Origin: Eledone cirrhosa
Taxonomy: Eukaryota
Assembly: GCA_964016885.1 (NCBI GenBank)
Contig: OZ024742.1
Coordinates: 370,264,001-370,328,000, forward strand
Direction of reading: 5' to 3'
Length of the DNA stretch: 64,000 nucleotides
This document shows, in pieces, positions 18,001-31,700 of this stretch (its first letter is position 1; each line of letters starts with the position of its first letter). The position numbers and the translations under genes were made by a program. Below the pieces are notes generated by a model that saw nothing but the letters and a program-made list of their open reading frames with translations, made no database searches and was not told the DNA's origin.

Positions 18001-21000
18001 GCCACCACCTCCATATTATAACACTGACATAGCCACCACCCCCTCCTCCATATTATAACACTGACATAGCCACCACCTCCCCCTCCATATTATAACACTG
18101 ACATAACCACCACCTCCTCCATATTATAACACTGATATAGCCACCACCTTCCCCTCCATATTATAACACTGACATAGCCACCACCCCCTCCTCCATATTA
18201 TAACACTGACATAGCCACCACCTCCATATTATAACACTGACATAGCCACCACCTTCCCCTCCATATTATAACACTGACATTGCCACCACCACCTCCATAT
18301 TATAACACTGACATAACCACCACCTCCTCCATATTATAACACTGACATAACCACCACCTCCTCCATATTATAACACTGACATAACCACCACCTTCCCCTC
18401 CATATTATAACACTGATATAGCCACCACCCCCTCCATATTATAACACTGACATAACCACCACCTCCTCCATATTATAACACTGACATTGCCACCACCTTC
18501 CCCTCCATATTATAACACTGACATAGCCACCACCTTCCCCTCCATATTATAACACTGACATAGCCACCACCCCCTCCTCCATATTATAACACTGACATAG
18601 CCACCACCTCCATATTATAACACTGACATAGCCACCACCACCTTCCCCTCCATATTATAACACTGACATAGCCACCACCACCACCTCCATATTATAACAC
18701 TGACATAGCCACCACCACCTCCATATTATAAAACTGACATAGCCACCACCACCTCCATATTATAACACTGACATAGCCCACCACCTTCCCCTCCATATTA
18801 TAACACTGACATAGCCACCACCTTCCCCTCCATATTATAACACTGACATAGCCACCACCTTCCCCTCCATATTATAACACTGACATAGCCACCTCCTCCC
18901 CCTCCATATTATAACACTGACATAGCCACCACCACCTCCATATTATAACACTGACATAGCCACCACCTCCCCCTCCATATTATAACACTGACATAGCCAC
19001 CACCACCCCCTCCATATTATAACACTGACATAGTGACCTCCTCCCCCTCCATATTATAACACTGACATAGGCACCACCACCACCTCCATATTATAACACT
19101 GACATAGCCACCACCACACCCTCCATATTATAACACTGACATAGCCACCTCCTCCCCCTCCATATTATAACACTGACATAGCCACCACCTCCCCCATATT
19201 ATAACACTGACATAGCCACCACCTCCCCCTCCATATTATAACACTGACATAGCCACCACCTCCCCCTCCATATTATAACACTGACATAGCCACCACCTTC
19301 CCCTCCATATTATAACACTGACATAGCCACCACCACCACCTCCATATTATAACACTGACATAGCCACCACCACCCCCTCCATATTATAACACTGACATAG
19401 TGACCTCCTCCCCCTCCATATTATAACACTGACACAGCGACCACCCCCTCCATATTATAACACTGATATAACCACCTTCCCCTCCATATTATAACACTGA
19501 CGTCACCACCACCACCACCTCCATATTATAACACTGACATAGCCACCACCTTCCCCTCCATATTATAACACTGACATAGCCAACACCACCCCCTCCATAT
19601 TATAACACTGACATAGTGACCTCCTCCCCCTCCATATTATAACACTGACGTCACCACCACCACCACCTCCATATTATAACACTGACATAGCCACCACCTT
19701 CCCCTCCATATTACAACACTGACATAGCCAGCACCTCCCCCTCCATATTATAACACTGACATAGCCACCACCTCCCCCTCCATATTATAACACTGACATA
19801 GCCACCACCTTCCCCTCCATATTATAACACTGACATAGCCACCACCACCACCTCCATATTATAACACTGACATAGCCACTACCTCCCCCTCCATATTATA
19901 ACACTGACATAGCCACCACCTCCCCCTCCATATTATAACACTGACATAGCCACCACCTCCCCCTCCATATTATAACACTGACATAGCCACCACCACCCCC
20001 TCCATATTATAACACTGACATAGCCACTACCTCCCCCTCCATATTATAACACTGACATAGCCACCACCTCCCCCTCCATATTATAACACTGACATAGCCA
20101 CCACCTTCCCCTCCATATTATAACACTGACATAGCCACCACCACCACCTCCATATTATAACACTAACATAGCCACCACCACCACCTCCATATTATAACAC
20201 TGACATAGCCACCACCTTCCCCTCCATATTATAATACTGACATAGCCACCACCTTCCCCTCCATATTATAATACTGACATAGCCACCACCTTCCCCTCCA
20301 TATTATAACACTGACATAGCCACCACCACCACCTCCATATTATAACACTGACATAGCCACCACCTTCCCCTCCATATTATAACACTGACATAGCCACCAC
20401 CACCTCCATATTATAACACTGACATAGCCACCTCCCCCTCCATATTATAACACTGACATAGCCACCACCTCCTCCCCCTCCATATTATAACACTGACATA
20501 GCCACCACCACCCCCTCCATATTATAACACTGACATAGCCACCACCTCCTCCCCCTCCATATTATAACACTGACATAGCCACCACCCCCTCCATATTATA
20601 ACAGACATAGCCACCACCTCCCCCTCCATATTATAACACTGACATAGCCACCACCTCCTCCATATTATAAAACTGACATAACCACCTCCTCCCCCTCCAT
20701 ATTATAACACTGACATAGCCACCACCTCCTCCCCCTCCATATTATAACACTGACATAGCCACCACCCCCTCCATATTATAACACTGACATAGCCACCACC
20801 TCCCCCTCCATATTATAACACTGACATAGCCACCACCTCCCCCTCCATATTATAACACTGACATAGCCACCACCTCCTCCCCCTCCATATTATAACACTG
20901 ACATAGCCACCACCTCCCCCTCCATATTATAATACTGACATAGCCACCACCTCCTCCCCCTCCATATTATAACACTGACATAGCCACCACCCCCTCCATA

Positions 21001-22298
21001 TTATAACAGACATAGCCACCACCTCCCCCTCCATATTATAACACTGACATAGCCACCACCTTCCCCTCCATATTATAACACTGACATAGCCACGACCTCC
21101 TCCCCCTCCATATTATAACACTGACATAGCCACCACCCCCTCCATATTATAACACTGACATAGCCACCACCACCTCCTCCATATTATAACACTGACAAAG
21201 CCACCACCTCCCCCTCCATATTATAACACTGACATAGCCACCACCTCCCCCTCCATATTATAACACTGACATAGCCACCACCTCCCCCTCCATATTATAA
21301 CACTGACATAGCCACCACCTCCCCCTCCATATTATAACACTGACATAGCCACCACCTCCCCCTCCATATTATAACACTAACATAGCCACCACCACCACCT
21401 CCATATTATAACACTGACATAGCCACCACCTCCCCCTCCATATTATAACACTGACATAGCCACCACCTCCCCCTCCATATTATAACACTGACATAGCCAC
21501 CACCTCCGCCTCCATATTATAACACTGACATAGCCACCACCACCCCCTCCATATTATAACACTGACACAGCCACCACCCCCTCCATATTATAACACTGAC
21601 ATAGCCACCACCTCCCCCTCCATATTACAACAGACATAGCCACCACCCCCTCCATATTATAACACTGACATAGCCACCACCTCCCCCTCCATATTATAAC
21701 ACTGACATAGCCACCACCTCCCCCTCCATATTATAACACTGACATAGCCACCTCCTTCCCCTCCATATTATAACACTGACATAGCCACCACCTTCCCCTC
21801 CATATTATAACACTGACATAGCCACCCCCCCCCCCTCCTCCATATTATAACACTGACATAGCCACCACCTCCCCCTCCATATTATAACACTGACATAGCC
21901 ACCTCCTCCCCCTCCATATTATAACACTGATATAGCCACCTCCTCCCCCTCCATATTATAACACTGACATAGGCACCACCTCCCCCTCCATATTATAACA
22001 CTGACATAGGCACCACCTCCCCCTCCATATTATAACACTGACATAGCCACCACCTCCCCCTCCATATTATAACACTGACATAGCCACCACCCCCTCCTCC
22101 ATATTATAACACTGACATAGCCACCACCTTCCCCTCCATATTATAACACTGACATAGCCACCACCTCCCCCTCCATATTATAACACTGACATAGCCACCA
22201 CCACCTCCTCCATATTATAACACTGACATAGCCACCACCTTCCCCTCCATATTATAACACTGACATAGCCACCACCTTCCCCTCCATATTATAACACT
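1..22298. repeat. Giant compound minisatellite A: 22-bp core CCATATTATAACACTGACATAG plus variable C-rich (CCA/CCT)n linker; units mostly 34/37/40 bp, ~600 copies; continues off the left edge
   Basis: Core recurs continuously from position 1 and ends abruptly at ...ccatattataacactgg (22298). Linkers include ccaccaccacct, ccaccaccttcccct and ccaccacctcctccccct. Confidence 0.98.
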
Positions 22299-22342
22299 GG
22301 ATCAATATATCTGTATTGTCAGGAATTATGGACTTTGAAAGC

Positions 22343-22862
22343 AACAACAACAACAACTGCTAGTAACAACAACTGCTAGTACTACAACAATTATTACAAC
22401 TATGCCTCCCCCCCACTTACAGAAACACACACATTCACACAAACACACAGCCTCACACACATTTACACAAACACAGAAACATACGCAGATTCACATACAT
22501 ACACACATTCTCGTAAACACATACGCACAAACACACATAGCCTCACACACATTTACACAAACACTTACAGAAACAGATTCACATACATACATACACAAAC
22601 ATCCTCACATTCACACACAAAAACAGAGTGACCAAATTTAAGTTAAAAGCAATTGAGATAAAGCTGAAAGCTTGAGATGTGACCCTCACCCTCCAGTTAA
22701 CCCTGACTCCCCCCCCCCCACACACACACACACAGATTCTTTTCTAGAGATATTGATGTGGAGGATAGAGAGATAGATATGAACACGTAGATGTGATAGA
22801 GGGAGAGAGAGTAGATGTGGTTGATGGAGAGAGAGAGAGAGAGAGTGAGAGAGAGAGAGAGG
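22343..22862. repeat. Low-complexity block: (AAC)n, degenerate (CA)n, C-run and (GA)n microsatellites
   Basis: Directly visible simple repeats; the His/Thr- and Ser/Leu-rich ORFs here are their translations. Confidence 0.85.
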
Positions 22863-22945
22863 AGGAAGTGATACATGTTAGTGGACAACTACACCCTTTA
22901 CCAACAACTTCAGTACAAATCAACATGGGACACAATGTGCTCACC

Positions 22946-23175
22946 TAAATCTTCCAAAACAATATCTTCTTGACTATATCTAGAAATAGCAACAAAATCT
23001 TCCTCAAACCACACCTAGAAACCAAGTTAAAATGAGTTCTGTGTGAGCAAGACTTGGTCCTCCGACCTGGCTTATCTCACAACGGGAGAACTCGTCTAAC
23101 CCATGCTAGCGTGGAAAATGGACATTAAATGATGATGATGAATGTCGTCAAGAAGATATTGTTCTGGAAGATTTA
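22946..23175. repeat. 29-bp inverted repeat pair (1 mismatch) enclosing an RTE-type 3' tail fragment; possible MITE or fold-back
   Basis: taaatcttccaaaacaatatcttcttgac (22946-22974) versus gtcaagaagatattgttctggaagattta (23147-23175). Confidence 0.7.
23085..23140 (+). mobile_element. RTE LINE/SINE 3' terminus with (GAT)n tail
   Basis: cgtctaacccatgctagcgtggaaaatggacattaaatgatgatgatg; related 3' ends recur at ~25185, 42650(-), 49550, 50252(-) and 56380. Confidence 0.75.
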
Positions 23176-23388
23176 AAGAATCACAATTAGAAAGCTTCTG
23201 ATCGTAGGCTTTTTTTTATCAGGATTGATATTGGAAGAACAGCCACAAGAAAAACTGTCAACAGACTCAAAGCCACAAGAAGGCCTCTATGTAGTCACTC
23301 AGTTTGCTAGAAATAAATATCAAATTTCCATAAAACCACACACCCTACTATCTTAAAAAAGGAATAAGACACACCTATAGTCAGTGAA

Positions 23389-23530
23389 GGCGCATGGCTT
23401 AGTGGTTAGAGCATTGGGCTTGCAATCAAAAGGTTGTGAGTTCAATTCTCAGACCAGGTAATGTGTTGTTTCCTTGAGCAAGACACTTTATTTCATGTTG
23501 CTCCAGTTTACTCAGCTATAGAAATGAGGC
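23389..23530 (+). mobile_element. tRNA-derived SINE 5' part (Pol III A and B boxes, CORE-like central segment)
   Basis: A box TGGCTTAGTGG (23396), B box GAGTTCAATTC (23438), then ccttgagcaagacactttatttcatgttgctccag; a related segment occurs at ~52890. Confidence 0.75.
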
Positions 23531-23859
23531 GATAGGACTGGGGTCACTATCATTACACCTCCAACGAGATATACCTTGGAGGAGGCCAGCTAAATCTGCA
23601 TAGGTGTGAGCTGTCACACACACAGTGTTGAGATACACTATGTTTGAAATAAAATGATGGGGTAGTCATGTTTGGGATGTCTCAGTTCATTGGTCCAATT
23701 CCTCAAGGCTGACCAAGGGCTAAACAACAAATTCAGTATGATACAGTATGTTCTGGGTTCTAAACTAATGTCAATGTAGAATGCAGTAATTTCCTTTTTT
23801 CATAAATAGAAGTACTTTATTTTCAAAAGATAAATAAAAGCAAAATTAGTGAGAAAATA

Positions 23860-24492
23860 GAGAAGGGGTAGGGATGACCAGATCTGGTAGTATGGAGAAG
23901 GGGTAGGGAAGACCAGATCTGGTAGTATGAAGAAGGGGTAGGGAAGTCCAGATCTGGTAGTATGGAGAAGGGGCAGGGAAGTCCAGATCTGGTAGTATGG
24001 AGAAGGGGTAAGGAAGTCCAGATGTGGTAGTATGGAGAAGGGGTAGGGAAGTCCAGATCTGGTAATATGGAGAAGGGTAGGGAAGTCCAAATCTGGTAGT
24101 ATGGAGAAGGGGTAGGGAAGTCCAGATCTGGTAGTATGGAGAAGGGGTAGGGAAGTCCAGATCTGGTAGTATGGAGAAGGGGTAGGAAAGTCTAAAATCT
24201 GGTAGTATGGAGAAGGGGTAAGAAAGTCTAAAATCTGGTAGTATGGAGAAGGGGTAAGGAAGTCCAGATCTGGTAGTATGGAGAAGGGGTAAGGAAGTCC
24301 AGATCTGGTAGTATGGAGAAGGGGTAAGAAAGTCTAAAATCTGGTAGTATGGAGAAGAGGTAGGGAAGTCCAAATCTGGTAGTATGGAGAAGGGGTAGGG
24401 AAGTCCAAATCTGGTAGTATGGAGAAGGGGTAGGGAAGTCCAAATCTGGTAGTATGGAGAAGGGGTAGGGAAGTCCAAATCTGGTAGTATGG
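23860..24492. repeat. 35-bp minisatellite B (ATGGAGAAGGGGTAGGGAAGTCCAGATCTGGTAGT), ~18 copies
   Basis: Period 35 (ATG at 23892 and 23927); internal palindrome CCAGATCTGG. Confidence 0.95.
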
Positions 24493-24679
24493 GAAAGTAG
24501 AGGAAAGGACTATGAAAGTCATAAATGAGATGAAAAGGAGGGAAAAAGCAAGGACTCTGGGGCCACAGGAGAAAAGTAGAGGGAGGGGGTGATGGGCCCT
24601 GGGAGACAAGACCACTAAAGTGTTAGCATTGGTGCCATGTAAACACCACACCCAGTGCACTCTGTAAAGTGGTTACAAT

Positions 24680-24974
24680 AAGTGTGGATAGACTGAGCAA
24701 AAGCATAAATGAATTGAGAGAGAGACTGAGTATAAGAGGAATCAAATGTGTACAGTAGAGGTGGTTGCGTTGGTATGGACATGTGATGCGTATGAAGGAT
24801 GGCAGCTGCATAAAAAGGTGCAGAGCACTAGAAGTCATTGGAAACTGCGGAGTGGGGAGATCCAGGAAGACCTGGGATGAGGTGATAAAAGCCGACCTTA
24901 CCCAATTACACCTCTCAAAGGCAATGACACACGACCATGACCTCTGGCGTCACGCAGTAATACAGAGTACCTGA
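24680..24974 (+). mobile_element. RTE-clade LINE ORF C-terminal fragment (5' truncated)
   Basis: Translation LRWYGHVMRMKDGSCIKRC...GRSRKTWDEVIKADL...DLWRHAV matches the RTE C-terminal LRWxGHVxRM...GRPRKTW signature. Confidence 0.85.
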
Positions 24975-25038
24975 CCTCCCATGGGTACAAGCTGAAGCAT
25001 ATAGACAATATTCCCTCCACCGCAAGGTGGTCGTGGAG

Positions 25039-25217
25039 GTGCCACGGCAAAAAAGCACCCAGCACTCACTGTAAATGAGGTTGGTGTTAGGAAGGGCATC
25101 CAGCTGTAGAAATCAAGCCAGAATAAGTTCCTGTATGAGTAAGACAAGGTCAGCCGACCAGACACTGCCCACAACAGGACAACCCGTCTAACCCATGCTA
25201 GAACGGACGTAAAACGG

Positions 25218-25248
<31 letters not shown>
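25039..25248 (+). mobile_element. SINE 3' half with RTE-type tail and (GAT)n
   Basis: gtgccacggcaaaaaagcacccagc...ggttggtgttaggaagggcatccagctgtagaaa...cgtctaacccatgctag...(gat)~10; related pieces at 24630, 39530, 42650, 50080 and 51200. Confidence 0.75.
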
Positions 25249-25374
25249 CCTAAGTGTTTTTTCCCCGATTACACCCAACTCCTATGTTCCATTCTGGTGT
25301 CTTCAGTGGGATCTCCTGCCACAGCTTCTATGATGACAGGGTGGACTGAGGGCATGTGTGGGGGAGTATATGTG

Positions 25375-25690
25375 TGGAGAGGGGAGATGGAAGGAGAGGG
25401 AGACAGGGAGAAAGAGAGAGAGGGGAGAGAAAGGGATGGAGAAAGAGAGAGGAGACAGAGAGATGGGGGGAGGGAGGAAGACAGAGAGATGGGGGGATTG
25501 AGAGATGGGGGGGGGATTGGTGGAGAGAAGAGAGGGGGGATGGGGGAGGGGGAGATGTGGGAGGGGGAGATGGGGAGGGGGTGGGGGAGAAAGAGAAAAA
25601 GTGAAAGAAGAGAGGGAGGGAGAGAGAGAGGGAGAAGGAGGGAGAGAGAGAGGGAGAGAGAGAAAAGAGAGGGAGACAGATAGAGGAAAG
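25375..25690. repeat. Purine-rich (GA/GGGA) low-complexity tract with many G-runs
   Basis: Almost only G and A, with multiple G4-G9 runs. Confidence 0.85.
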
Positions 25691-25714
25691 TTGATGTTAT
25701 TGAAGCAATCATTA

Positions 25715-28700
25715 AGAGAGAGAGAGAGGCAGCAGATGTGGGCTACAATATATATGTATAGAAGAGAGAGAGAGAGAGAGGCAACAGATGTGGGCTACAA
25801 TATATATGTATAGAAGAGAGAGAGAGAGGCAGCAGATGTGGGCTACAATATAAATGTATAGAAGAGAGAGAGAGAGAGAGAGGCAACAGATGTGGGCTAC
25901 AATATATATGTATAGAAGAGAGAGAGAGAGAGGCAGCAGATGTGGGCTACAATATATATGTATAGAAGAGAGAGAGAGAGAGAGAGGCAGCAGATGTGGG
26001 CTACAATATATATGTATAGAAGAGAGAGAGGGGGGCAACAGATGTGGGCTACAATATATATGTATAGAAGAAAGAGAGAGAGAGAGGCAGCAGATGTGGG
26101 CTACAATATATATGTATAGAAGAGAGAGAGAGAGAGAGGGCAACAGATGTGGGCTACAATATATATGTATAGAAGAGAGAGAGAGGGGCAACAGATGTGG
26201 GCTACAATATATATGTATAGAAGAGAGAGAGAGAGAGAGGCAGCAGATGTGGGCTACAATATATATGTATAGAAGAGAGAGAGAGAGAGAGAGGGGCAAC
26301 AGATGTGGGCTACAATATATATGTATAGAAGAGAGAGAGAGAGAGAGGCAGCAGATGTGGGCTACAATATATATGTATAGAAGAGAGAGAGAGAGAGAGG
26401 GGCAACAGATGTGGGCTACAATATATATGTATAGAAGAGAGAGAGAGAGAGAGAGAGGCAGCAGATGTGGGCTACAATATATATGTATAGAAGAGAGAGA
26501 GAGGGGCAACAGATGTGGGCTACAATATATATGTATAGAAGAGAGAGAGAGAGAGAGAGGCAGCAGATGTGGGCTACAATATATATGTATAGAAGAGAGA
26601 GAGAGAGAGAGGGGCAACAGATGTGGGCTACAATATATATGTATAGAAGAGAGAGAGAGGGGCAACAGATGTGGGCTACAATATATATGTATAGAAGAGA
26701 GAGAGAGGCAGCAGATGTGGGCTACAATATATATGTATAGAAGAGAGAGAGAGAGAGAGAGAGGGGCAACAGATGTGGGCTACAATATATATGTATAGAA
26801 GAGAGAGAGAGAGAGAGGCAGCAGATGTGGGCTACAATATATATGTATAGAAGAGAGAGAGAGAGAGAGAGGGGCAACAGATGTGGGCTACAATATATAT
26901 GTATAGAAGAGAGAGAGAGAGAGAGGCAACAGATGTGGGCTACAATATATATGTATAGAAGAGAGAGAGAGAGAGAGGCAACAGATGTGGGCTACAATAT
27001 ATATGTATAGAAGAGAGAGAGAGAGAGAGGCAGCAGATGTGGGCTACAATATATATGTATAGAAGAGAGAGAGAGAGAGAGGCAGCAGATGTGGGCTACA
27101 ATATATATGTATAGAAGAGAGAGAGAGAGAGAGGCAACAGATATGGGCTACAATATATATGTATAGGAGAGAGAGAGGCAACAGATGTGGGCTACAATAT
27201 ATATGTATAGAAGAGAGAGAGAGAGAGAGGGGCAACAGATGTGGGCTACAATATATATGTATAGAAGAGAGAGAGAGAGAGAGGCAGCAGATGTGGGCTA
27301 CAATATATATGTATAGAAGAGAGAGAGAGAGAGAGAGAGAGGGGCAACAGATGTGGGCTACAATATATATGTATAGAAGAGAGAGAGAGGCAGCAGATGT
27401 GGGCTACAATATATATGTATAGAAGAGAGAGAGAGAGAGAGAGGGGCAACAGATGTGGGCTACAATATATATGTATAGAAGAGAGAGAGGGGCAACAGAT
27501 GTGGGCTACAATATATATGTATACAAGAGAGAGAGAGAGAGAGGCAGCAGATGTGGGCTACAATATATATGTATAGAAGAGAGAGAGAGAGGGGCAACAG
27601 ATGTGGGCTACAATATATATGTATAGAAGAGAGAGAGAGAGGCAGCAGATGTGGGCTACAATATATATGTATAGAAGAGAGAGAGAGGGCAACAGATGTG
27701 GGCTACAATATATATGTATAGAAGAGAGAGAGAGAGAGGGGCAACAGATATGGGCTACAATATATATGTATAGAAGAGAGAGAGAGAGAGGGGCAACAGA
27801 TGTGGGCTACAATATATATGTATAGAAGAGAGAGAGAGGCAACAGATGTGGGCTACAATATATATGTATAGAAGAGAGAGACAGAGGCAACAGATGTGGG
27901 CTACAATATATATGTATAGAAGAGAGAGAGAGAGGCAGCAGATGTGGGCTACAATATATATGTATAGAAGAGAGAGAGAGAGGCAGCAGATGTGGGCTAC
28001 AATATATATGTATAGAAGAGAGAGAGAGAGGCAACAAATGTGGGCTACAATATATATGTATAGAAGAGAGAGAGAGAGGCAGCAGATGTAGGCTACAATA
28101 TATATGTATAGAAGAGAGAGAGAGAGAGGGGGGCAACAGATGTGGGCTACAATATATATCTATAGAAGAGAGAGAGAGAGGGGCAACAGATGTGGGCTAC
28201 AATATATATGTATAGAAGAGAGAGAGAGGGCAACAGATGTGGGCTACAATATATATGTATAGAAGAGAGAGAGAGAGAGGGGCAACAGATGTGGGCTACA
28301 ATATATATGTATAGAAGAGAGAGAGAGAGAGGGGCAACAGATGTGGGCTACAATATATATGTATAGAAGAGAGAGAGAGAGAGGGGCAACAGATGTGGGC
28401 TACAATATATATGTATAGAAGAGAGAGAGAGAGAGAGGCAACAGATGTGGGCTACAATATATATGTATAGAAGAGAGAGAGAGAGAGGCAACAGATGTGG
28501 GCTACAATATATATGTATAGAAGAGAGAGAGAGAGAGGGGGGGCAACAGATGTGGGCTACAATATATATGTATAGAAGAGAGAGAGAGAGAGGGGCAACA
28601 GATGTGGGCTACAATATATATGTATAGAAGAGAGAGAGAGAGGGCAACAGATGTGGGCTACAATATATATGTATAGAAGAGAGAGAGAGAGAGAGGCAAC

Positions 28701-31700
28701 AGATGTGGGCTACAATATATATGTATAGAAGAGAGAGAGAGAGGCAACAGATGTAGGCTACAATATATATGTATAGAAGAGAGAGAGGCAACAGATGTGG
28801 GCTACAATAGATATGTATAGAAGAGAGAGAGAGAGGGGCAACAGATGTGGGCTACAATATATATGTATAGAAGAGAGAGAGAGAGAGGGGCAACAGATGT
28901 GGGCTACAATATATATGTATAGAAGAGGGAGAGAGAGAGGGACAACAGATGTGGGCTACAATATATATGTATAGAAGAGAGAGAGAGAGAGGGGCAACAG
29001 ATGTGGGCTACAATATATATGTATAGAAGAGAGAGAGAGAGAGAGAGGCAACAGATGTGGGCTACAATATATATGTATAGAAGAGAGAGAGAGAGAGAGA
29101 GAGGCAACAGATGTGGGCTACAATATATATGTATAGAAGAGAGAGAGAGAGGCAGCAGATGTGGGCTACAATATATATGTATAGAAGAGAGAGAGAGAGA
29201 GAGAGAGGCAACAGATGTGGGCTACAATATATATGTATAGAAGAGAGAGAGAGAGGGGCAACAGATGTGGGCTACAATATATATGTATAGAAGAGAGAGA
29301 GAGAGGGGCAACAGATGTGGGCTACAATATATATGTATAGAAGAGAGAGAGAGAGAGAGGCAGCAGATGTGGGCTACAATATATATGTATAGAAGAGAGA
29401 GAGAGAGAGAGGCAACAGATGTGGGCTACAATATATATGTATAGAAGAGAGAGAGAGAGAGGCAGCAGATGTGGGCTACAATATATATGTATAGAAGAGA
29501 GAGAGAGAGAGAGAGAGGCAGCAGATGTGGGCTACAATATATATGTATAGAAGAGAGAGAGAGGGGCAACAGATGTGGGCTACAATATATATGTATAGAA
29601 GAGAGAGAGAGGCAGCAGATGTGGGCTACAATATATATGTATAGAAGAGAGAGAGAGAGAGGGGCAACAGATGTGGGCTACAATATATATGTATAGAAGA
29701 GAGAGAGAGGGGGGCAACAGATGTGGGCTACAATATATATGTATAGAAGAGAGAGAGAGGGGCAACAGATGTGGGCTACAATATATATGTATAGAAGAGA
29801 GAGAGAGAGAGAGGCAGCAGATGTGGGATACAATATATATGTATAGAAGAGAGAGAGAGAGAGAGAGAGGGCAACAGATGTGGGCTACAATATATATGTA
29901 TAGAAGAGAGAGAGAGAGAGAGGCAGCAGATGTGGGCTACAATATATATGTATAGAAGAGAGAGAGAGAGAGAGAGGGGCAACAGATGTGGGCTACAATA
30001 TATATGTATAGAAGAGAGAGAGAGAGAGAGGCAACAGATGTGGGCTACAATATATATGTATAGAAGAGAGAGAGAGAGAGAGTCAACAGATGTGGGCTAC
30101 AATATATATGTATAGAAGAGAGAGAGAGAGAGAGAGGCAGCAGATGTGGGCTACAATATATATGTATAGAAGAGAGAGAGAGAGAGAGGCAGCAGATGTG
30201 GGCTACAATATATATGTATAGAAGAGAGAGAGAGAGGCAACAGATATGGGCTACAATATATATGTATAGAAGAGAGAGAGAGAGGCAACAGATGTGGGCT
30301 ACAATATATATGTATAGAAGAGAGAGAGAGAGGGGGGCAACAGATGTGGGCTACAATATATATGTATAGAAGAGAGAGAGAGAGGCAGCAGATGTGGGCT
30401 ACAATATATATGTATAGAAGAGAGAGAGAGAGAGAGGGGCAACAGATGTGGGCTACAATATATATGTATAGAAGAGAGAGAGAGAGGCAGCAGATGTGGG
30501 CTTCAATATATATGTATAGAAGAGAGAGAGAGAGAGAGGGGCAACAGATGTGGGCTACAATATATATGTATAGAAGAGAGAGAGAGAGAGAGGCAGCAGA
30601 TGTGGGCTACAATATATATGTATAGAAGAGAGAGAGAGAGAGAGAGGGGCAACAGATGTGGGCTACAATATATATGTATAGAAGAGAGAGAGAGAGAGAG
30701 GCAACAGATGTGGGCTACAATATATATGTATAGAAGAGAGAGAGAGAGAGAGTCAACAGATGTGGGCTACAATATATATGTATAGAAGAGAGAGAGAGAG
30801 AGAGAGAGAGGCAGCAGATGTGGGCTACAATATATATGTATAGAAGAGAGAGAGAGAGAGAGGCAGCAGATGTGGGCTACAATATATATGTATAGAAGAG
30901 AGAGAGAGAGGCAACAGATATGGGCTACAATATATATGTATAGAACAGAGAGAGAGAGGCAACAGATGTGGGCTACAATATATATGTATAGAAGAGAGAG
31001 AGAGAGGGGGGCAACAGATGTGGGCTACAATATATATGTATAGAAGAGAGAGAGAGAGGCAGCAGATGTGGGCTACAATATATATGTATAGAAGAGAGAG
31101 AGAGAGAGAGGGGCAACAGATGTGGGCTACAATATATATGTATAGAAGAGAGAGAGAGAGGCAGCAGATGTGGGCTTCAATATATATGTATAGAAGAGAG
31201 AGAGAGAGAGAGGGGCAACAGATGTGGGCTACAATATATATGTATAGAAGAGAGAGAGAGAGGCAGCAGATGTGGGCTTCAATATATATGTATAGAAGAG
31301 AGAGAGAGGGGCAACAGATGTGGGCTACAATATATATGTATAGAAGAGAGAGAGAGAGAGGGGGGCAACAGATGTGGGCTACAATATATATCTATAGAAG
31401 AGAGAGAGAGAGGGGCAACAGATGTGGGCTACAATATATATGTATAGAAGAGAGAGAGAGGGCAACAGATGTGGGCTACAATATATATGTATAGAAGAGA
31501 GAGAGAGAGAGGGGCAACAGATGTGGGCTACAATATATATGTATAGAAGAGAGAGAGAGAGAGGGGCAACAGATGTGGGCTACAATATATATGTATAGAA
31601 GAGAGAGAGAGAGAGGGGCAACAGATGTGGGCTACAATATATATGTATAGAAGAGAGAGAGAGAGAGAGGCAACAGATGTGGGCTACAATATATATGTAT

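Noticed and set aside
1-22298. CRISPR-like array (constant repeat + variable spacer)
   Set aside because: The 'spacers' are 9-18-nt low-complexity variants of one another rather than unique sequences; there are no cas genes and the context is eukaryotic.
1-22298. Repetitive protein gene, telomeric repeat, or CArG-box array
   Set aside because: Unit lengths are mostly 1 mod 3, so every frame hits stops; there is no TTAGGG; CCATATTATA lacks the closing GG of a CArG box.
23389-23460. tRNA gene
   Set aside because: A and B boxes are present but there is no closed acceptor stem, and the sequence continues into a SINE body.
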